DNA of 62,634 bases, the filler included. It is 9 parts of 9 records of this genome, joined end to end, with 100 filler letters (N's around TTAATTAATTAA, not from the genome) between each part and the next. Parts side by side here need not be neighbours in the genome. Positions count along the whole stretch, not along the records: positions 9,288 to 13,903 come from SRR20825010_7219; positions 14,004 to 30,370 come from SRR20825010_7230; 7 more parts are not named here. One strand, written 5' to 3'. Under the pieces are notes generated by a model, which saw only the letters and a program-made list of their open reading frames with translations, did no database searches and was not told where the DNA came from. Every line of letters begins with the position of its first letter. Positions within the stretch are counted from its first letter, which is position 1. Shown one piece after another: positions 9,693-20,717 of the stretch. The translations under genes were made by a program, and so were the position numbers.

Positions 9693-10775
9693 TTATTTTG
9701 ACTGGCTAACTAAAGAGTTCTCAATTTTCAATTCCGGTTCACCATCGATACCGGCACTAATCCTGGCCATTTCCTGAAGTTCACCAGGCACATATGACAA
9801 ATAATCTTCATTTTGCTGTAACCACGGCGTTTGTTCTGCATACCATTTATCATAGTCTTCCGGCTCGTCCACTACCACGATATAACGCATAGCGAAGTGA
9901 CCTTTTCCACAGATTTTATTACAAACCAACTCGTAATTGAAGTCCGGATTACCCGTCTCTTCCCTCATATCTTCCGTACTTTTTGACGGAACAAACCAGA
10001 AGTGAGTAGGCATACCAGGTACTGCATTCATTTGCATTCTGAAATGCGGCATGTATACACTGTGTATTACATCTCTTGCCCTAATTTTTAGAAGAACTGG
10101 TTTTCCTTTAGGGATATGAAGCTCCAAAGGAATAAAATCATCGAACGAAGCTTTATCAGAAAAATCAATACCCATGTGATTGGTCACATCAATTTTCTGA
10201 TAATCAAAGTCTCCCAATCGTTTATCTGCTCCCGGATATCTAACTGCCCAAGCGTATTGATAGCCCATAACTTCAACAATCTCTGAATTTTCAGGAGCTG
10301 GTGCTGTAATATCCACCCAAGCTTTCCATCCGGAAATAATTAAAACTGCTAGTACCAATGCTGGCACAGCTGTCCATATATATTCCAATTTATGGTTGTC
10401 AGTATAATAGAGTGCCTTGTTTTCCTTCTTGTATTGATATTTATAGGCAAATCCGAATAAGAAAATCTGGGTTAGAACGAAAACGAAACCCGTGATAGCC
10501 ATCGTGATCCAAAACAAATTATCTGTAATTACTCCATGGTCAGAGGCGATAGGAAGGACAAATCCTTCATCTAAACCTCCAAAGGAATAATAGAAGAAAC
10601 CAACCAGTCCAACTATTAAAAACAATAGCATAAGCAATGCATTTGTCTTGTTGTTCGATGAAACAGGTTTCTTAGACTCACCTTTAGCTATATCAACTAG
10701 AGTGGTTACTCTGAACACACTCACAAGTATGGCCAGAATTAATACTACCGCTATTACAATGATAAAATTCAACAT
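9693..10775 (-). CDS. ctaC: Cytochrome c oxidase subunit II
   Basis: LEYIWTAVP, GYQYAWAVRYPG, CuA ligands DVIHS...CNKICGKGHFAM. Confidence 0.95.
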   Translation of the reverse strand: MLNFIIVIAVVLILAILVSVFRVTTLVDIAKGESKKPVSSNNKTNALLMLLFLIVGLVGFFYYSFGGLDEGFVLPIASDHGVITDNLFWITMAITGFVFVLTQIFLFGFAYKYQYKKENKALYYTDNHKLEYIWTAVPALVLAVLIISGWKAWVDITAPAPENSEIVEVMGYQYAWAVRYPGADKRLGDFDYQKIDVTNHMGIDFSDKASFDDFIPLELHIPKGKPVLLKIRARDVIHSVYMPHFRMQMNAVPGMPTHFWFVPSKSTEDMREETGNPDFNYELVCNKICGKGHFAMRYIVVVDEPEDYDKWYAEQTPWLQQNEDYLSYVPGELQEMARISAGIDGEPELKIENSLVSQSK

Positions 10776-10797
10776 ATCAGTTCTATTACTCTATTTG

Positions 10798-12075
10798 TTA
10801 AATATGGTGATGTAAACTTTCCTCCAACATCGGGTGATTCTTGGCATATAAAGGAGCCTTACTCAGTTGGTTCAATACGACATAAAGAAAAGCTCCTGAA
10901 TAAACCAATAACAATCCCAATTCAAGAGCGCCAAAACCGCTATTGTCCCTGAGTGTTCCTGGTGCTATCATCAAATAAAAATCCAACCAATGACCTATGA
11001 TAACAATTGGAGCAACTACTTTCAAAAACCTGGAATGTCTTTTGGCCTCTCTTGGCATAAGAATTAAGAAAGGAAGAAAGAAGTTCACAATCAAATTAAA
11101 ATAAAACAATGGCGCATAATGTCCGTTATGCCATCTCTCAACGAAATAGATAGTTTCCTCAGGTATATTAGCATAATAAATCAAAAGGAACTGAGAGAAC
11201 CAGATGTAGGTCCAGAAAATACTGAATGCAAATATGAATTTGCCTAAGTCATGTATGTGATTGGCATTAACAATTTTCAAATACCCTTCATCCTTCAACA
11301 ATACTACAATCAAAGCCGTCAATGCCAGACCTGCAACCCACCAGCTGGCAAACATGTACCAACCGAACATGGTACTAAACCAGTGTGTATCGATGGACAT
11401 CACCCAGTCCCATGCAGACATGGAAGAGGATACGGCAAAGAAAATGATGAATATCGCCGACAGTTTTCTCAACTTATACCATTTCTCAGTGCCGCCATCT
11501 ATGTCTTCGCTGAGCGCGACATTTTTTAACTTTAGAAATAGAATGTACCAAACTCCAAAGAAAATCACCATTCTCGCTACAAAGAAGAATGGAAACCCGC
11601 CATCATGCATTGGCCAAAAGAAATAAGCCCCTTTGCCAGCTATGATCGAATCATAACCTGCAGAAGCTTTATCATATAAATCGTGATGAGTCCAATGGAA
11701 CAGGTCATGCCCTGCAATGAAAAAGACTCCCAACATTAATACAGCTGAATATGGAAGCCATGCTCCATACGCCAATGGTATTCTTTTGATTCCGGCTGAC
11801 CAGCCCGCCTGCGCAGCGTACTGTATAGTGAAAAATAAAATACCTATTAGAGCCAAACCTGTGAAAAACACATTATTTATCCAAAGATTGGCAAAGAGTC
11901 GTTGCGTCCAGTGAAAGCCATGATGCCCTTCTTCTGAAATAGCCAAATCATGACCATGACCTCCGCCTAAAGAGATACTGATGATTCCTATAATGGTAAG
12001 TACAATCCCTACCCCAATAAGAATGATCAGATTCTTCTTAGCCTTTCCTGTAAATTCAAATATTTCGTCAACCAT
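10798..12075 (-). CDS. actF: Alternative complex III membrane subunit ActF
   Basis: Multiple TM helices; WDWVMSIDTHWFSTMFG, HDLGKFIFAFSIFWTYIWFSQFLLIYYANIPEE. Confidence 0.9.
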   Translation of the reverse strand: MVDEIFEFTGKAKKNLIILIGVGIVLTIIGIISISLGGGHGHDLAISEEGHHGFHWTQRLFANLWINNVFFTGLALIGILFFTIQYAAQAGWSAGIKRIPLAYGAWLPYSAVLMLGVFFIAGHDLFHWTHHDLYDKASAGYDSIIAGKGAYFFWPMHDGGFPFFFVARMVIFFGVWYILFLKLKNVALSEDIDGGTEKWYKLRKLSAIFIIFFAVSSSMSAWDWVMSIDTHWFSTMFGWYMFASWWVAGLALTALIVVLLKDEGYLKIVNANHIHDLGKFIFAFSIFWTYIWFSQFLLIYYANIPEETIYFVERWHNGHYAPLFYFNLIVNFFLPFLILMPREAKRHSRFLKVVAPIVIIGHWLDFYLMIAPGTLRDNSGFGALELGLLLVYSGAFLYVVLNQLSKAPLYAKNHPMLEESLHHHI

Positions 12076-12096
12076 ATCTTAAATGGATAAAATCTG

Positions 12097-12723
12097 TTAT
12101 TGTTTTTGAAGTGTTTGAACATAGGCCACAACCTTCCATCTTTCTGCCTCATTCAACTGAGATGCGTGTGCGCCCATTCTACCCTTACCATGTGAGATGA
12201 CATGATAAATATGTCCTTCCGGTTTGTCCTTAATAGCTGCAGAGTTGTAAGTAGGTACTCCTTTGAAAACCTTCCCGACCTTGCCGTCACCCATACCCTT
12301 ATCTCCATGGCAATGCTGACAGAAACGTTGATACAGTGCCTTTCCATCCTTCAGTACTTCAGAAGTGGCCTCAAAAGGAGAAACCAATTCAGTTCCTGCC
12401 ATGTCGTAATCATCCGGAGCGATCCGATTCGGTAGCGCACCACGCTTCACCGTTCCTTCCACCGGCTCACGCATGGTCATTCCAAACGCATTGTATTCGT
12501 TCGAATTGTAAAATTCGCCATGCTCATCTTCCGGGTTCGAATCCAACCAGGATCCTGATTCCTTATCCTGAATCTGAGAAAGCGGCTCGTAAGGGGTAGA
12601 ATGATACATCTGTGGTGCATATTCCAAGCCTGTATTGTCCGGTCCGGCAGTACAGCCCATGAAAACGATGAACGCACTTCCTAGTATTCCTATCTGATAT
12701 ATTTTGCCTAACATGAGATTCAT
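12097..12723 (-). CDS. actE: Alternative complex III monoheme cytochrome c lipoprotein ActE
   Basis: Lipobox-like FMGC, EYAPQMY, CQHCHG; located between actD and actF. Confidence 0.88.
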   Translation of the reverse strand: MNLMLGKIYQIGILGSAFIVFMGCTAGPDNTGLEYAPQMYHSTPYEPLSQIQDKESGSWLDSNPEDEHGEFYNSNEYNAFGMTMREPVEGTVKRGALPNRIAPDDYDMAGTELVSPFEATSEVLKDGKALYQRFCQHCHGDKGMGDGKVGKVFKGVPTYNSAAIKDKPEGHIYHVISHGKGRMGAHASQLNEAERWKVVAYVQTLQKQ

Positions 12724-13247
12724 TATAGTGTTTTCTTATTAACCTCAGAAGCACCACTATCCTTAAATAGTTTGCTGATAGCAGCTTCACTAACCTGATT
12801 GCTTCCCAAATCAACAGCAACAATGTGCTTATCATCTGTGATTCTAATATCCAACAACTTGGCCTTGCCCCAGGGTTTCAGGTTACTTATCACGAAAAAA
12901 GTACCTACCATTCCAAAAGAAGCCAGAAGCACAGTCAACTCAAAAGTAACCGGAATAAAGGCTGGGAATGGAGCATAATCTTTACCACCAATGATCATTG
13001 GCCAATCGACTGTCATCATACCCAATTGCATCGTTAAGGCCAAGGTAGTTCCGAGCAGACCGAACATAAAAGCCACTATTGACAACCTTGAGCCTTTGTA
13101 ACCCAAAGCGTCATCAATTCCATGGACAGGAAATGGAGAATATACTTCATGTATTTTCACCCCGCCCGCTCGTACAGACCTAATTGCGTCGAGGAGAACA
13201 TCTTCGTCCTCATACACGCCAACCAAAAAATTCTTAGTATCAGACAT
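12723..13247 (-). CDS. actD: Alternative complex III subunit ActD (DUF3341)
   Basis: [29 protein letters not shown]. Confidence 0.9.
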   Translation of the reverse strand: MSDTKNFLVGVYEDEDVLLDAIRSVRAGGVKIHEVYSPFPVHGIDDALGYKGSRLSIVAFMFGLLGTTLALTMQLGMMTVDWPMIIGGKDYAPFPAFIPVTFELTVLLASFGMVGTFFVISNLKPWGKAKLLDIRITDDKHIVAVDLGSNQVSEAAISKLFKDSGASEVNKKTL

Positions 13248-13903
13248 GATCTTTTCTTTCTCCTGTTGCTTTAATAATACTTTTAACCTCAGCCATGTTG
13301 ATCACCGGGAAGAATTTCGCAAAAGCGAAGAAACAAGTGAAAAACAATCCAAACGTAAACACATATACCCCAACATCGTAACGCGTTGGATAAAACATCG
13401 CCCAACTTGAAGGTAGATAATCTCTATGGAGGGAAGTCACAATAATCACAAATCGTTCGAACCACATTCCAATATTCACGATAATAGAGATCACGAAAGT
13501 GGCAGCAATATTGGTTCTGATTTTTTTGAACCAAAATAGTTGTGGGGAAATTACATTACAAGTCATCATGGAAGCATATGCCCACCAGTAAGGTCCTGTT
13601 GCTCTGTTAATGAAGGCATACTGCTCAGCATCAACACCAGAATACCATGCGATAAAAAACTCCGTGATATAAGCCACACCAACGATTGAACCAGTAATAA
13701 TGATTACTATGTTCATTAGTTCAATGTGCTGAATAGTAATGTAATCCTCTAGTTTATACACTTTTCTTGTTACCAACAGTAGTGTTAGTACCATGGCGAA
13801 ACCGGAGAAAATCGCTCCAGCAACAAAGTATGGAGGGAAAATCGTGGTGTGCCAACCCGGGATAACCGAGGTGGCAAAGTCAAAAGATACAATGGTGTGA
13901 ACC
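13240..13903 (-). CDS. actC: Alternative complex III quinol-binding subunit ActC (NrfD family); 5' truncated
   Basis: Frame is open to the edge: [60 protein letters not shown]. Confidence 0.92.
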
Positions 13904-14003
13904 NNNNNNNNNNNNNNNNNNNNNNNNNNNNNNNNNNNNNNNNNNNNTTAATTAATTAANNNNNNNNNNNNNNNNNNNNNNNNNNNNNNNNNNNNNNNNN
14001 NNN
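13904..14003. other. Artificial contig spacer
   Basis: N-run + TTAATTAATTAA + N-run. Confidence 0.99.
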
Positions 14004-14595
14004 ACTTCGCCTGAAAGAATGGCAAGAGGCGTTGGTTCGCCGGGAAAAGCAACTGGACGAACTGGAACGCGACACATTAAAGCTGGCAGAAGAGCGCGGT
14101 CAGCAAGCGGGCTATGAAGCGGGCTGGAACGCAGCACACACCGAGCGTGTGGCATTGGTCAATGCGGCGCAGACCATTGAAGATGAGTTTGAAAGTTTTA
14201 AATCAATGCTGTCGGAAAAGTTGTTGGACCTTGCCGTCCTGGTCAGCAAAAAAGTGATCGTTGACACCTTGACTGCAAAGCCGGAACAGGCCGCCGAATT
14301 GCTCAACCAAATCCTGGAAAGCATGCAACTGCACAGCAAAGCGGTGACACTGCGCGCCCACCCCAACACCATCGCAGTGTTGGCAGCACAGTTTGGTGAC
14401 CAGCAAATGCTGGGCAACCTGCGCATGATCGAAGACCCCAAACAACTGCAAGGCGGCTTTCTGTTGCAACACCCGGAAGGCGAAGTGGACGCCACATTGC
14501 AAACGCGCTGGCTTCGCGCCATTGAATCGCTGGGCAGGGACACCCCGATTACTCCAGACGACCTGAACACAGACACCGACAAGGATGCAGACTAA
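14004..14595 (+). CDS. fliH: Flagellar assembly protein FliH; 5' truncated
   Basis: GxxxG repeats (ERGQQAGYEAG), C-terminal GGFLL...GEVDATLQTRW; directly precedes fliI. Confidence 0.9.
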
Positions 14596-16002
14596 ATGGC
14601 TGACCTGCTTGAGTGGCTGGACGAATGCAAATTCCTGGTTGAAAACAACCACCCCCAAATTGCCACCGGCAAACTGACCCGCGTGGCCGGTTTGGTGATG
14701 GAAGCGGTGGGTTTGAAATTGCCAGTGGGCAGCGTGTGCACTGTGGTACAAAAAGGCGCCCCTCCCCTTGAAGCAGAAGTGGTTGGATTCAACGGCGACA
14801 AATTGTTTTTGATGCCCGCCACCGATGTGCATGGCATGACCCCCGGCGCAAAAGTGATTGCGCAAGAACCACCCCCCATCGCGCCCCAGCTGGGTGTAAA
14901 AGCCCACCCGTGGCGCAGGCCGGAAGACAAAACAAAGCACCTGCCCGTGGGCGACAGCCTGCTGGGTCGCGTGGTCGACAGCAATGGCAAGCCACTGGAC
15001 ACCCTGGGTGAACTGAAATTCGAAAAACGCTGCCCGCTGGCTGCCCGCCCCATCAACCCGCTGGAACGCGAACCCATTACCGAACCACTGGACGTGGGCG
15101 TGCGCGCCATCAACGCCCTGTTGACGGTGGGGCGCGGCCAACGAATTGGACTGATGGCCGGTTCCGGTGTGGGTAAATCGGTGTTATTGGGCATGATGGC
15201 CCGTTACACCAAAGCCGACCGTGTAGTGGTTGGCTTGATCGGCGAACGTGGCCGTGAAGTGAAAGAATTCATTGAACAAATTTTGGGTGAAGAAGGCTTA
15301 AAGCGCAGCGTGGTGATTGCCGCCCCGGCCGACGTCAGCCCCCTGCTTCGCATGCAAGGTGCCGCTTACACCCAGGTGGTAGCCGAGCATTTTCGCGATC
15401 AGGGCCACAACGTACTCATGATCATGGATTCACTGACCCGCTATGCCATGGCACAGCGAGAAATTGCACTGGCCATTGGCGAGCCCCCCGCCACCAAAGG
15501 CTACCCGCCCAGCGTGTTTGCCAAGCTGCCCACGCTGGTGGAACGGGCAGGCAATGGCCGCAAAGGCGCAGGTTCCATTACCGCGTTTTACACGGTGCTG
15601 ACCGAGGGCGATGACCAACAAGACCCGATTGCCGATGCAGCCCGCGCCATTCTCGACGGCCACATTGTACTTTCACGCCAACTGGCAGAAAGCGGACATT
15701 ACCCGGCCATCGACATTGAACAATCCATTTCCCGCGCCATGCACAATATTGTCCCGCCGGGGCACCTGAATGCCGCCCGTGGCTTGAAAGCAGCGTTCTC
15801 CAAGGTACAGCGCAACCGCGACCTGATTACCGTGGGCGCTTACTCTCCAGGGTCAGACCCACAATTGGACCATTCTTTGGCCCTTTATCCGAAGATTGAA
15901 AACCTGCTTCAGCAGTCAATGTTAGAAAGCGCGAACTTCGATGAGGCTTTAGCCGGTCTTCAATCCTTGTTCCCGAATGAATTCAAGAACGACAAACACT
16001 AA
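14596..16002 (+). CDS. fliI: Flagellum-specific export ATPase FliI
   Basis: [43 protein letters not shown]. Confidence 0.97.
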   Translation: MADLLEWLDECKFLVENNHPQIATGKLTRVAGLVMEAVGLKLPVGSVCTVVQKGAPPLEAEVVGFNGDKLFLMPATDVHGMTPGAKVIAQEPPPIAPQLGVKAHPWRRPEDKTKHLPVGDSLLGRVVDSNGKPLDTLGELKFEKRCPLAARPINPLEREPITEPLDVGVRAINALLTVGRGQRIGLMAGSGVGKSVLLGMMARYTKADRVVVGLIGERGREVKEFIEQILGEEGLKRSVVIAAPADVSPLLRMQGAAYTQVVAEHFRDQGHNVLMIMDSLTRYAMAQREIALAIGEPPATKGYPPSVFAKLPTLVERAGNGRKGAGSITAFYTVLTEGDDQQDPIADAARAILDGHIVLSRQLAESGHYPAIDIEQSISRAMHNIVPPGHLNAARGLKAAFSKVQRNRDLITVGAYSPGSDPQLDHSLALYPKIENLLQQSMLESANFDEALAGLQSLFPNEFKNDKH

Positions 16003-16017
16003 AAAGCTTGGGTCTTT

Positions 16018-16467
16018 ATGAGCAATGTGCTGCAAATCCTGATTGAACAGGCCGGTGAAAAGGCCGACAACCTGGCCAGAAATATGGCCAGCACCCAGCA
16101 AAAGCTGACCCAGGGCCACGACAAACTGAACATGCTGCAAACCTACCGCGATGAATGCGAGGGTGGAATGCACAGCAAAGCGTCGGTCGGTATGACAGGC
16201 CAACAGCTACGCAACCAACTGGCCTTTGTTGGAAAAATTGCCGAAGCCGTTGCCCAACAAACCCGCGAAATTGAATTTCTGAACACCACCCTGGCCCACC
16301 AGCGTTCGCAGTGGCAAGAAACCCTGGCCGAGCAGCGCAAGTACGAAGCCCTCGTTGAACGCGAAAAACTGAAACAGATGAAACTGGAAAACAAGCGCGA
16401 TCAAAAAATGAACGACGAATTTGCAGCACGCATTTACCGGGTTCAAACTGCCGGAGAACCCACATGA
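16018..16467 (+). CDS. fliJ: Flagellar export protein FliJ
   Basis: Coiled-coil, C-terminal KRDQKMNDEFAAR; follows fliI. Confidence 0.9.
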   Translation: MSNVLQILIEQAGEKADNLARNMASTQQKLTQGHDKLNMLQTYRDECEGGMHSKASVGMTGQQLRNQLAFVGKIAEAVAQQTREIEFLNTTLAHQRSQWQETLAEQRKYEALVEREKLKQMKLENKRDQKMNDEFAARIYRVQTAGEPT

Positions 16468-18020
16468 CCACGAGCACCCAAGCCATGAGCAATGTCAGCA
16501 AGGTTCAAACCGCAGCAGGCAGCAGCAAAACCAATGCAGATCCAAAAGAAGTTGCACTTCAGTTCGAAGCCCTGTTCAGTTCCGCGCTAGGCCAACTGGC
16601 CCCGAATGCGCAATTGAACAACATCGAAGCGCAATTGCGTGAATCGCTGTTCAAGCAAGACAGCAAACCCGGAAAAAAATACGCAGAATCCAACAGCAAC
16701 GCCGAAGCTGCGCAAGCCACCGTGTGGGCTCAGCGAAACTGGATGCAAGACAGCAGCGGCATTGCAGCCGCCGCAACAACAACCGACAGCAAGGCCAACA
16801 AAACCGGCTCAACAGAAAAACCGGCGGAACCTGCCCAGGCGGCCAGCGAAAACCGCAGTGAAAACAACAACACAACTGCAGAAAAAACTGCTGAAAAACC
16901 AGTTGAAAAATCTGCCGACAAAGCGCCTGCTGATTCCACAAACAAAAATGCCGACAAATCTGTCGACGAATCGGCCAGCGAATCCGGCACCAACAACGCT
17001 GATGGCAAAGCCGCCCAGCAGCTTGAAGCAGAAGCATCGACAGCAACAGGCAACTCAGTTGCCACAGGCACGCCTGTCAGCCTTGCCAGCACCACAGTAG
17101 AACAGCCAGCCAAACCAGCTGCAGAATTAACCGCCAATGGCATTGCTGAAGCAACAAGCACCACGAATAAAACAGAAAACCTGCCAGCAACTGCAGCACA
17201 AACCAGTGACAAATCTGCAACCACTGGCACAGACCGCATGAAAGCAGAAGGCAAAAGCTCCACGGGTAACGCCAAAGTGGACGCAGCACTGAACAACAGC
17301 ACCGTCAACGTGCGTGCAGAAAACGCCGCGGTCAACACCCCGGCCAACACCTTCACCAACGCCAATGCAGTTGCAGCCCAATTGGCACCGCAAATTGCCA
17401 GGCAAGCCCAGAACATCGGCGAGAACACTGAATTGCCGGGTCTGAAAGTGGGCCAGAAGTTGATGGCAGGCAATAGCCTGCAGGCTTCTGCAACACCCAC
17501 CGCTTTGGCTGCCGGCACCAATGGCTTGAATGGCACATTGGGCACAGCGCAACAGGCCTTGATTAAAACACCCGTTACCCAACCCGGCTTTGCCAAGGAA
17601 ATGGGACAAACCGTGCAGTGGGCAATCGGGAAAAACCTGTCCACCGTTGACATTCGCGTCAATCCGGAAACATTTGGCCCCATGAACATGCGCCTGGTAC
17701 AGAAAGGCCAACAGGTTCAACTGATCATTCGCACACAAGACGAAACCTCGGCCAATCTACTGACACAAGCCCTGTCTGGCTTGAAAGAAGTGTTGGGTCA
17801 AAACGGCATTCAGTTGAGTCAGGTTCAAATACAACACAACAACACCCCCTCATCCAATGGTCAGGCCAACAACGGCCAACCCCAGTTTGATCAAAACAGC
17901 AATCAGGGTCGCAACGGTCAGCAATCTGCCCAAGGCGGAAACGCCCGGGCTGAGGAAACCCCACTGCCTACTGCAACACCAAGCACAAAGGCACAGGGAA
18001 AGCTCGACCTGTTTGCCTGA
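16464..18020 (+). CDS. fliK: Flagellar hook-length control protein FliK
   Basis: Long A/T/S/N-rich disordered region; C-terminal IRVNPETFGPM...LGQNGIQL domain ending GKLDLFA; position in cluster. Confidence 0.88.
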   Translation: MTTSTQAMSNVSKVQTAAGSSKTNADPKEVALQFEALFSSALGQLAPNAQLNNIEAQLRESLFKQDSKPGKKYAESNSNAEAAQATVWAQRNWMQDSSGIAAAATTTDSKANKTGSTEKPAEPAQAASENRSENNNTTAEKTAEKPVEKSADKAPADSTNKNADKSVDESASESGTNNADGKAAQQLEAEASTATGNSVATGTPVSLASTTVEQPAKPAAELTANGIAEATSTTNKTENLPATAAQTSDKSATTGTDRMKAEGKSSTGNAKVDAALNNSTVNVRAENAAVNTPANTFTNANAVAAQLAPQIARQAQNIGENTELPGLKVGQKLMAGNSLQASATPTALAAGTNGLNGTLGTAQQALIKTPVTQPGFAKEMGQTVQWAIGKNLSTVDIRVNPETFGPMNMRLVQKGQQVQLIIRTQDETSANLLTQALSGLKEVLGQNGIQLSQVQIQHNNTPSSNGQANNGQPQFDQNSNQGRNGQQSAQGGNARAEETPLPTATPSTKAQGKLDLFA

Positions 18021-18132
18021 GCAATGAATTGGGTATGAACAACACGGCTTTTCGGGGGTTTGCTCGGAAACCTTTCAGACACAATAGAGTTTGAAAGTGA
18101 CATCCACAGCAATTGAACTTACGGAGTAAAGC

Positions 18133-18648
18133 ATGGCCAGAGTTGCCCCGGCACCCGTTGCCTCCACAGCAGAGGCAGCCCCCCCCGCCAAAGGATCGAA
18201 AAAACTGATCCTGATCATTGCCCTTGTGTTGGCCGTGCTTGGCGCTGGTGGCGCCGCTGCTTACACAATGCTGGCCAAGCCCGCCGACGGCCAGGCCGCT
18301 GAAGAAAAAGTTGAAGAGCCCACAGGCCCACCCACCTTTGTGGTCATGGACCAGTTTGTAGTCAACCTGGCCGAGCCTGACAGCACACGCTACTTGCAAA
18401 TCGGCATCACCTACGAAGTAGGTGGCCCATCCACTTCGGAAGAAATCAAGAATTTCACACCTGTGATCCGCAGCCGCATCCTGTTGGTGCTGTCTGGCAA
18501 GAATGTGGGCAACCTGACTTCCATAGAAGGCAAACAACAACTGATGGATGAACTGGTGGATCTGGCCCGCGTCACCATCAAAGGCGACCCCAAAGACCCC
18601 ACGCGCGGCATTCGCGATGTGCATTTTTCCAGCTTTGTGATTCAGTAA
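18133..18648 (+). CDS. fliL: Flagellar basal body protein FliL
   Basis: KKLIL + TM helix, FVVNL, RYLQIGI, VHFSSFVIQ. Confidence 0.94.
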   Translation: MARVAPAPVASTAEAAPPAKGSKKLILIIALVLAVLGAGGAAAYTMLAKPADGQAAEEKVEEPTGPPTFVVMDQFVVNLAEPDSTRYLQIGITYEVGGPSTSEEIKNFTPVIRSRILLVLSGKNVGNLTSIEGKQQLMDELVDLARVTIKGDPKDPTRGIRDVHFSSFVIQ

Positions 18649-18664
18649 CAGGAACCCTTGCGCC

Positions 18665-19711
18665 ATGCCCGGAGAATTTCTTTCACAAGACGAAGTTGAT
18701 GCACTGCTAAGGGGTGTCAACGGCGAAGAAGAAACGAAAGACGCGTCTGAGACCGCAGAAGGCGTTCGCCCGTACAACCTGGCCACGCAAGAACGCATTG
18801 TGCGTGGCCGTATGCCCACGCTGGAAATCATCAACGAGCGTTTTGCCCGCCTGATTCGAATTGGCTTGTTCAACTTCATGCGCCGCAGCCCGGAAATTTC
18901 CGTGGGCCCCGTGAAGGTGCTGAAGTACAACGAATTCATTCGCAACCTGGTCGTACCCACCAACCTGAACATCATGGCCATGAAGCCATTGCGTGGCAAC
19001 GCCCTGTTCATTTTCGATCCCAGCCTTGTGTTTGCCGTTATCGATAATTTGTTCGGTGGCGATGGCCGATTCCACACCCGTGTTGAGGGCCGCGATTTCA
19101 CACAGACCGAGCAACGCATTATTGCCCGCATGCTGGAAGTGGTTCAGGAAGAATTCATCAAGGCCTGGGCGCCCGTGTTTCCGCTCAAGCCAGATTACCT
19201 GCGCTCGGAAATGCACACCCAGTTTGCCAACATTGCCACGCCTTCCGAGATCGTGGTGACCACGTCTTTCTCGATTGAACTGGGTTCGGGTGGCGGATCG
19301 CTCCATATCTGCATCCCCTACTCCACCATGGAACCCATTCGCGACCTGCTGTATTCCAGCATGCAAGGTGACCAGGCCGAACCTGACAAACGCTGGGTCA
19401 CCATGCTGAAAAAGCAGGTGCAAATGGCCGAAGTGGATTTGATCGCCAGCCTGGCCAGCACGCAATTGACCGTGGCTGACATCATGGAGCTTCGCGTGGG
19501 CGATGTAATCCCGATTGAAATTGACAAAGTGATTGAAGCCCGGGTGGACAACGTACCGGTGTTCAATTGCAGTTACGGCACCAGCAGTGGGCAATACGCT
19601 TTGAAGGTAGAGGAAGTGTTGTCAGTGGCCAGTGAATCGCATGCCGACGCACTGAACCTGGAAGCCCTGCTGAGCAAAGAATCCAAACAGCCTGAAAAGG
19701 CACACGAATAG
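18665..19711 (+). CDS. fliM: Flagellar motor switch protein FliM
   Basis: LSQDEVDALL CheY-binding motif, RGRMPTLEIINERFAR. Confidence 0.97.
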   Translation: MPGEFLSQDEVDALLRGVNGEEETKDASETAEGVRPYNLATQERIVRGRMPTLEIINERFARLIRIGLFNFMRRSPEISVGPVKVLKYNEFIRNLVVPTNLNIMAMKPLRGNALFIFDPSLVFAVIDNLFGGDGRFHTRVEGRDFTQTEQRIIARMLEVVQEEFIKAWAPVFPLKPDYLRSEMHTQFANIATPSEIVVTTSFSIELGSGGGSLHICIPYSTMEPIRDLLYSSMQGDQAEPDKRWVTMLKKQVQMAEVDLIASLASTQLTVADIMELRVGDVIPIEIDKVIEARVDNVPVFNCSYGTSSGQYALKVEEVLSVASESHADALNLEALLSKESKQPEKAHE

Positions 19712-19734
19712 CGATCAAGATAAGGAACAAGACC

Positions 19735-20184
19735 ATGTCTGAACAGCAAGAAGAAACCGTTACCGACGCAGCCGACGATTGGGCAGCCGCGCTGGCTGAA
19801 CAAGCCAGCACCGCCCCTGCGAGCACAGCCGACACCGACAATCTGTTTGCGCAAGCCACCGAGGCAAAACCCGCAGCGGGGCTTTTCCAGCCTTTTGCCG
19901 GAAGTGTAGCTTCTGGCACGCAGAACGACATCGACATGATCCTCGACATCCCGGTTCAGTTGACTGTTGAGCTGGGTCGGACGAAGATACCGATTAAACA
20001 CATTCTTCAACTGGCTCAGGGTTCGGTTATTGAACTGGATGGCCTTGCAGGTGAACCCATGGATGTGTTGGTGAACGGCTACCTCATTGCGCAGGGCGAA
20101 GTGGTTGTAGTCAACGACAAATTTGGTATTCGATTGACCGACATCATTACGCCTTCGGAGCGTTTGAGAAAGCTCAACCGTTAA
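19735..20184 (+). CDS. fliN: Flagellar motor switch protein FliN
   Basis: DDWAAALAEQ, ILDIPVQLTVELGRT, GEVVVVNDKFGIR. Confidence 0.97.
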   Translation: MSEQQEETVTDAADDWAAALAEQASTAPASTADTDNLFAQATEAKPAAGLFQPFAGSVASGTQNDIDMILDIPVQLTVELGRTKIPIKHILQLAQGSVIELDGLAGEPMDVLVNGYLIAQGEVVVVNDKFGIRLTDIITPSERLRKLNR

Positions 20185-20207
20185 TACCCCAACGCAGTTA
20201 AAAAGGT

Positions 20208-20717
20208 ATGCACACACAACAAGAACACAAAGCAGCGGTGGGAACATTGATCACAAGGCGCAATCCTTTTACACAAGGCCTGCGCCTTTTGTTCGTGTCG
20301 GGTTTGCTCCTGGCCTGTGGCGCAAGCCGGGCACAGGAAGCCGCATCTGAAGCAATAAGCAAGGCTGTTGAATCGCCCATGACAGGGCACCTGCTTCAAA
20401 CCACCCTGGGCCTGTTGTTTGTTCTGTTCCTGTTGATGGGGCTGGTCTGGATGTTGAAACGCATGGGAATAGGAAATGCCCAACGCCGTGGTGGCTTCTA
20501 CAAAGTATTGGCCACTTCAGCCTTGGGCCCGCGCGAAAAAATTGTACTGGTGGAAGTAGGCGACACCTGGCTGGTGCTTGGCATGACCAGCAACAGCATC
20601 AACACACTGCACAGCATGCCTGCAGGCAGCATTGCACTGGACGCAGCACAAAGCCCTGCAGTCAACTTCGCAAAATTGCTGGAGCGCGTGAAATCTGGCA
20701 AGGTTCAATCAAAATGA
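20208..20717 (+). CDS. fliO: Flagellar biosynthesis protein FliO
   Basis: TM helix, LGPREKIVLVEVGDTWLVLG; located between fliN and fliP. Confidence 0.9.
   Translation: MHTQQEHKAAVGTLITRRNPFTQGLRLLFVSGLLLACGASRAQEAASEAISKAVESPMTGHLLQTTLGLLFVLFLLMGLVWMLKRMGIGNAQRRGGFYKVLATSALGPREKIVLVEVGDTWLVLGMTSNSINTLHSMPAGSIALDAAQSPAVNFAKLLERVKSGKVQSK

Noticed and set aside
16464..18020. Low-complexity repeats (AEKTAEKPVEKSADK) suggesting a novel repeat protein
   Set aside because: This is the normal disordered ruler region of FliK.
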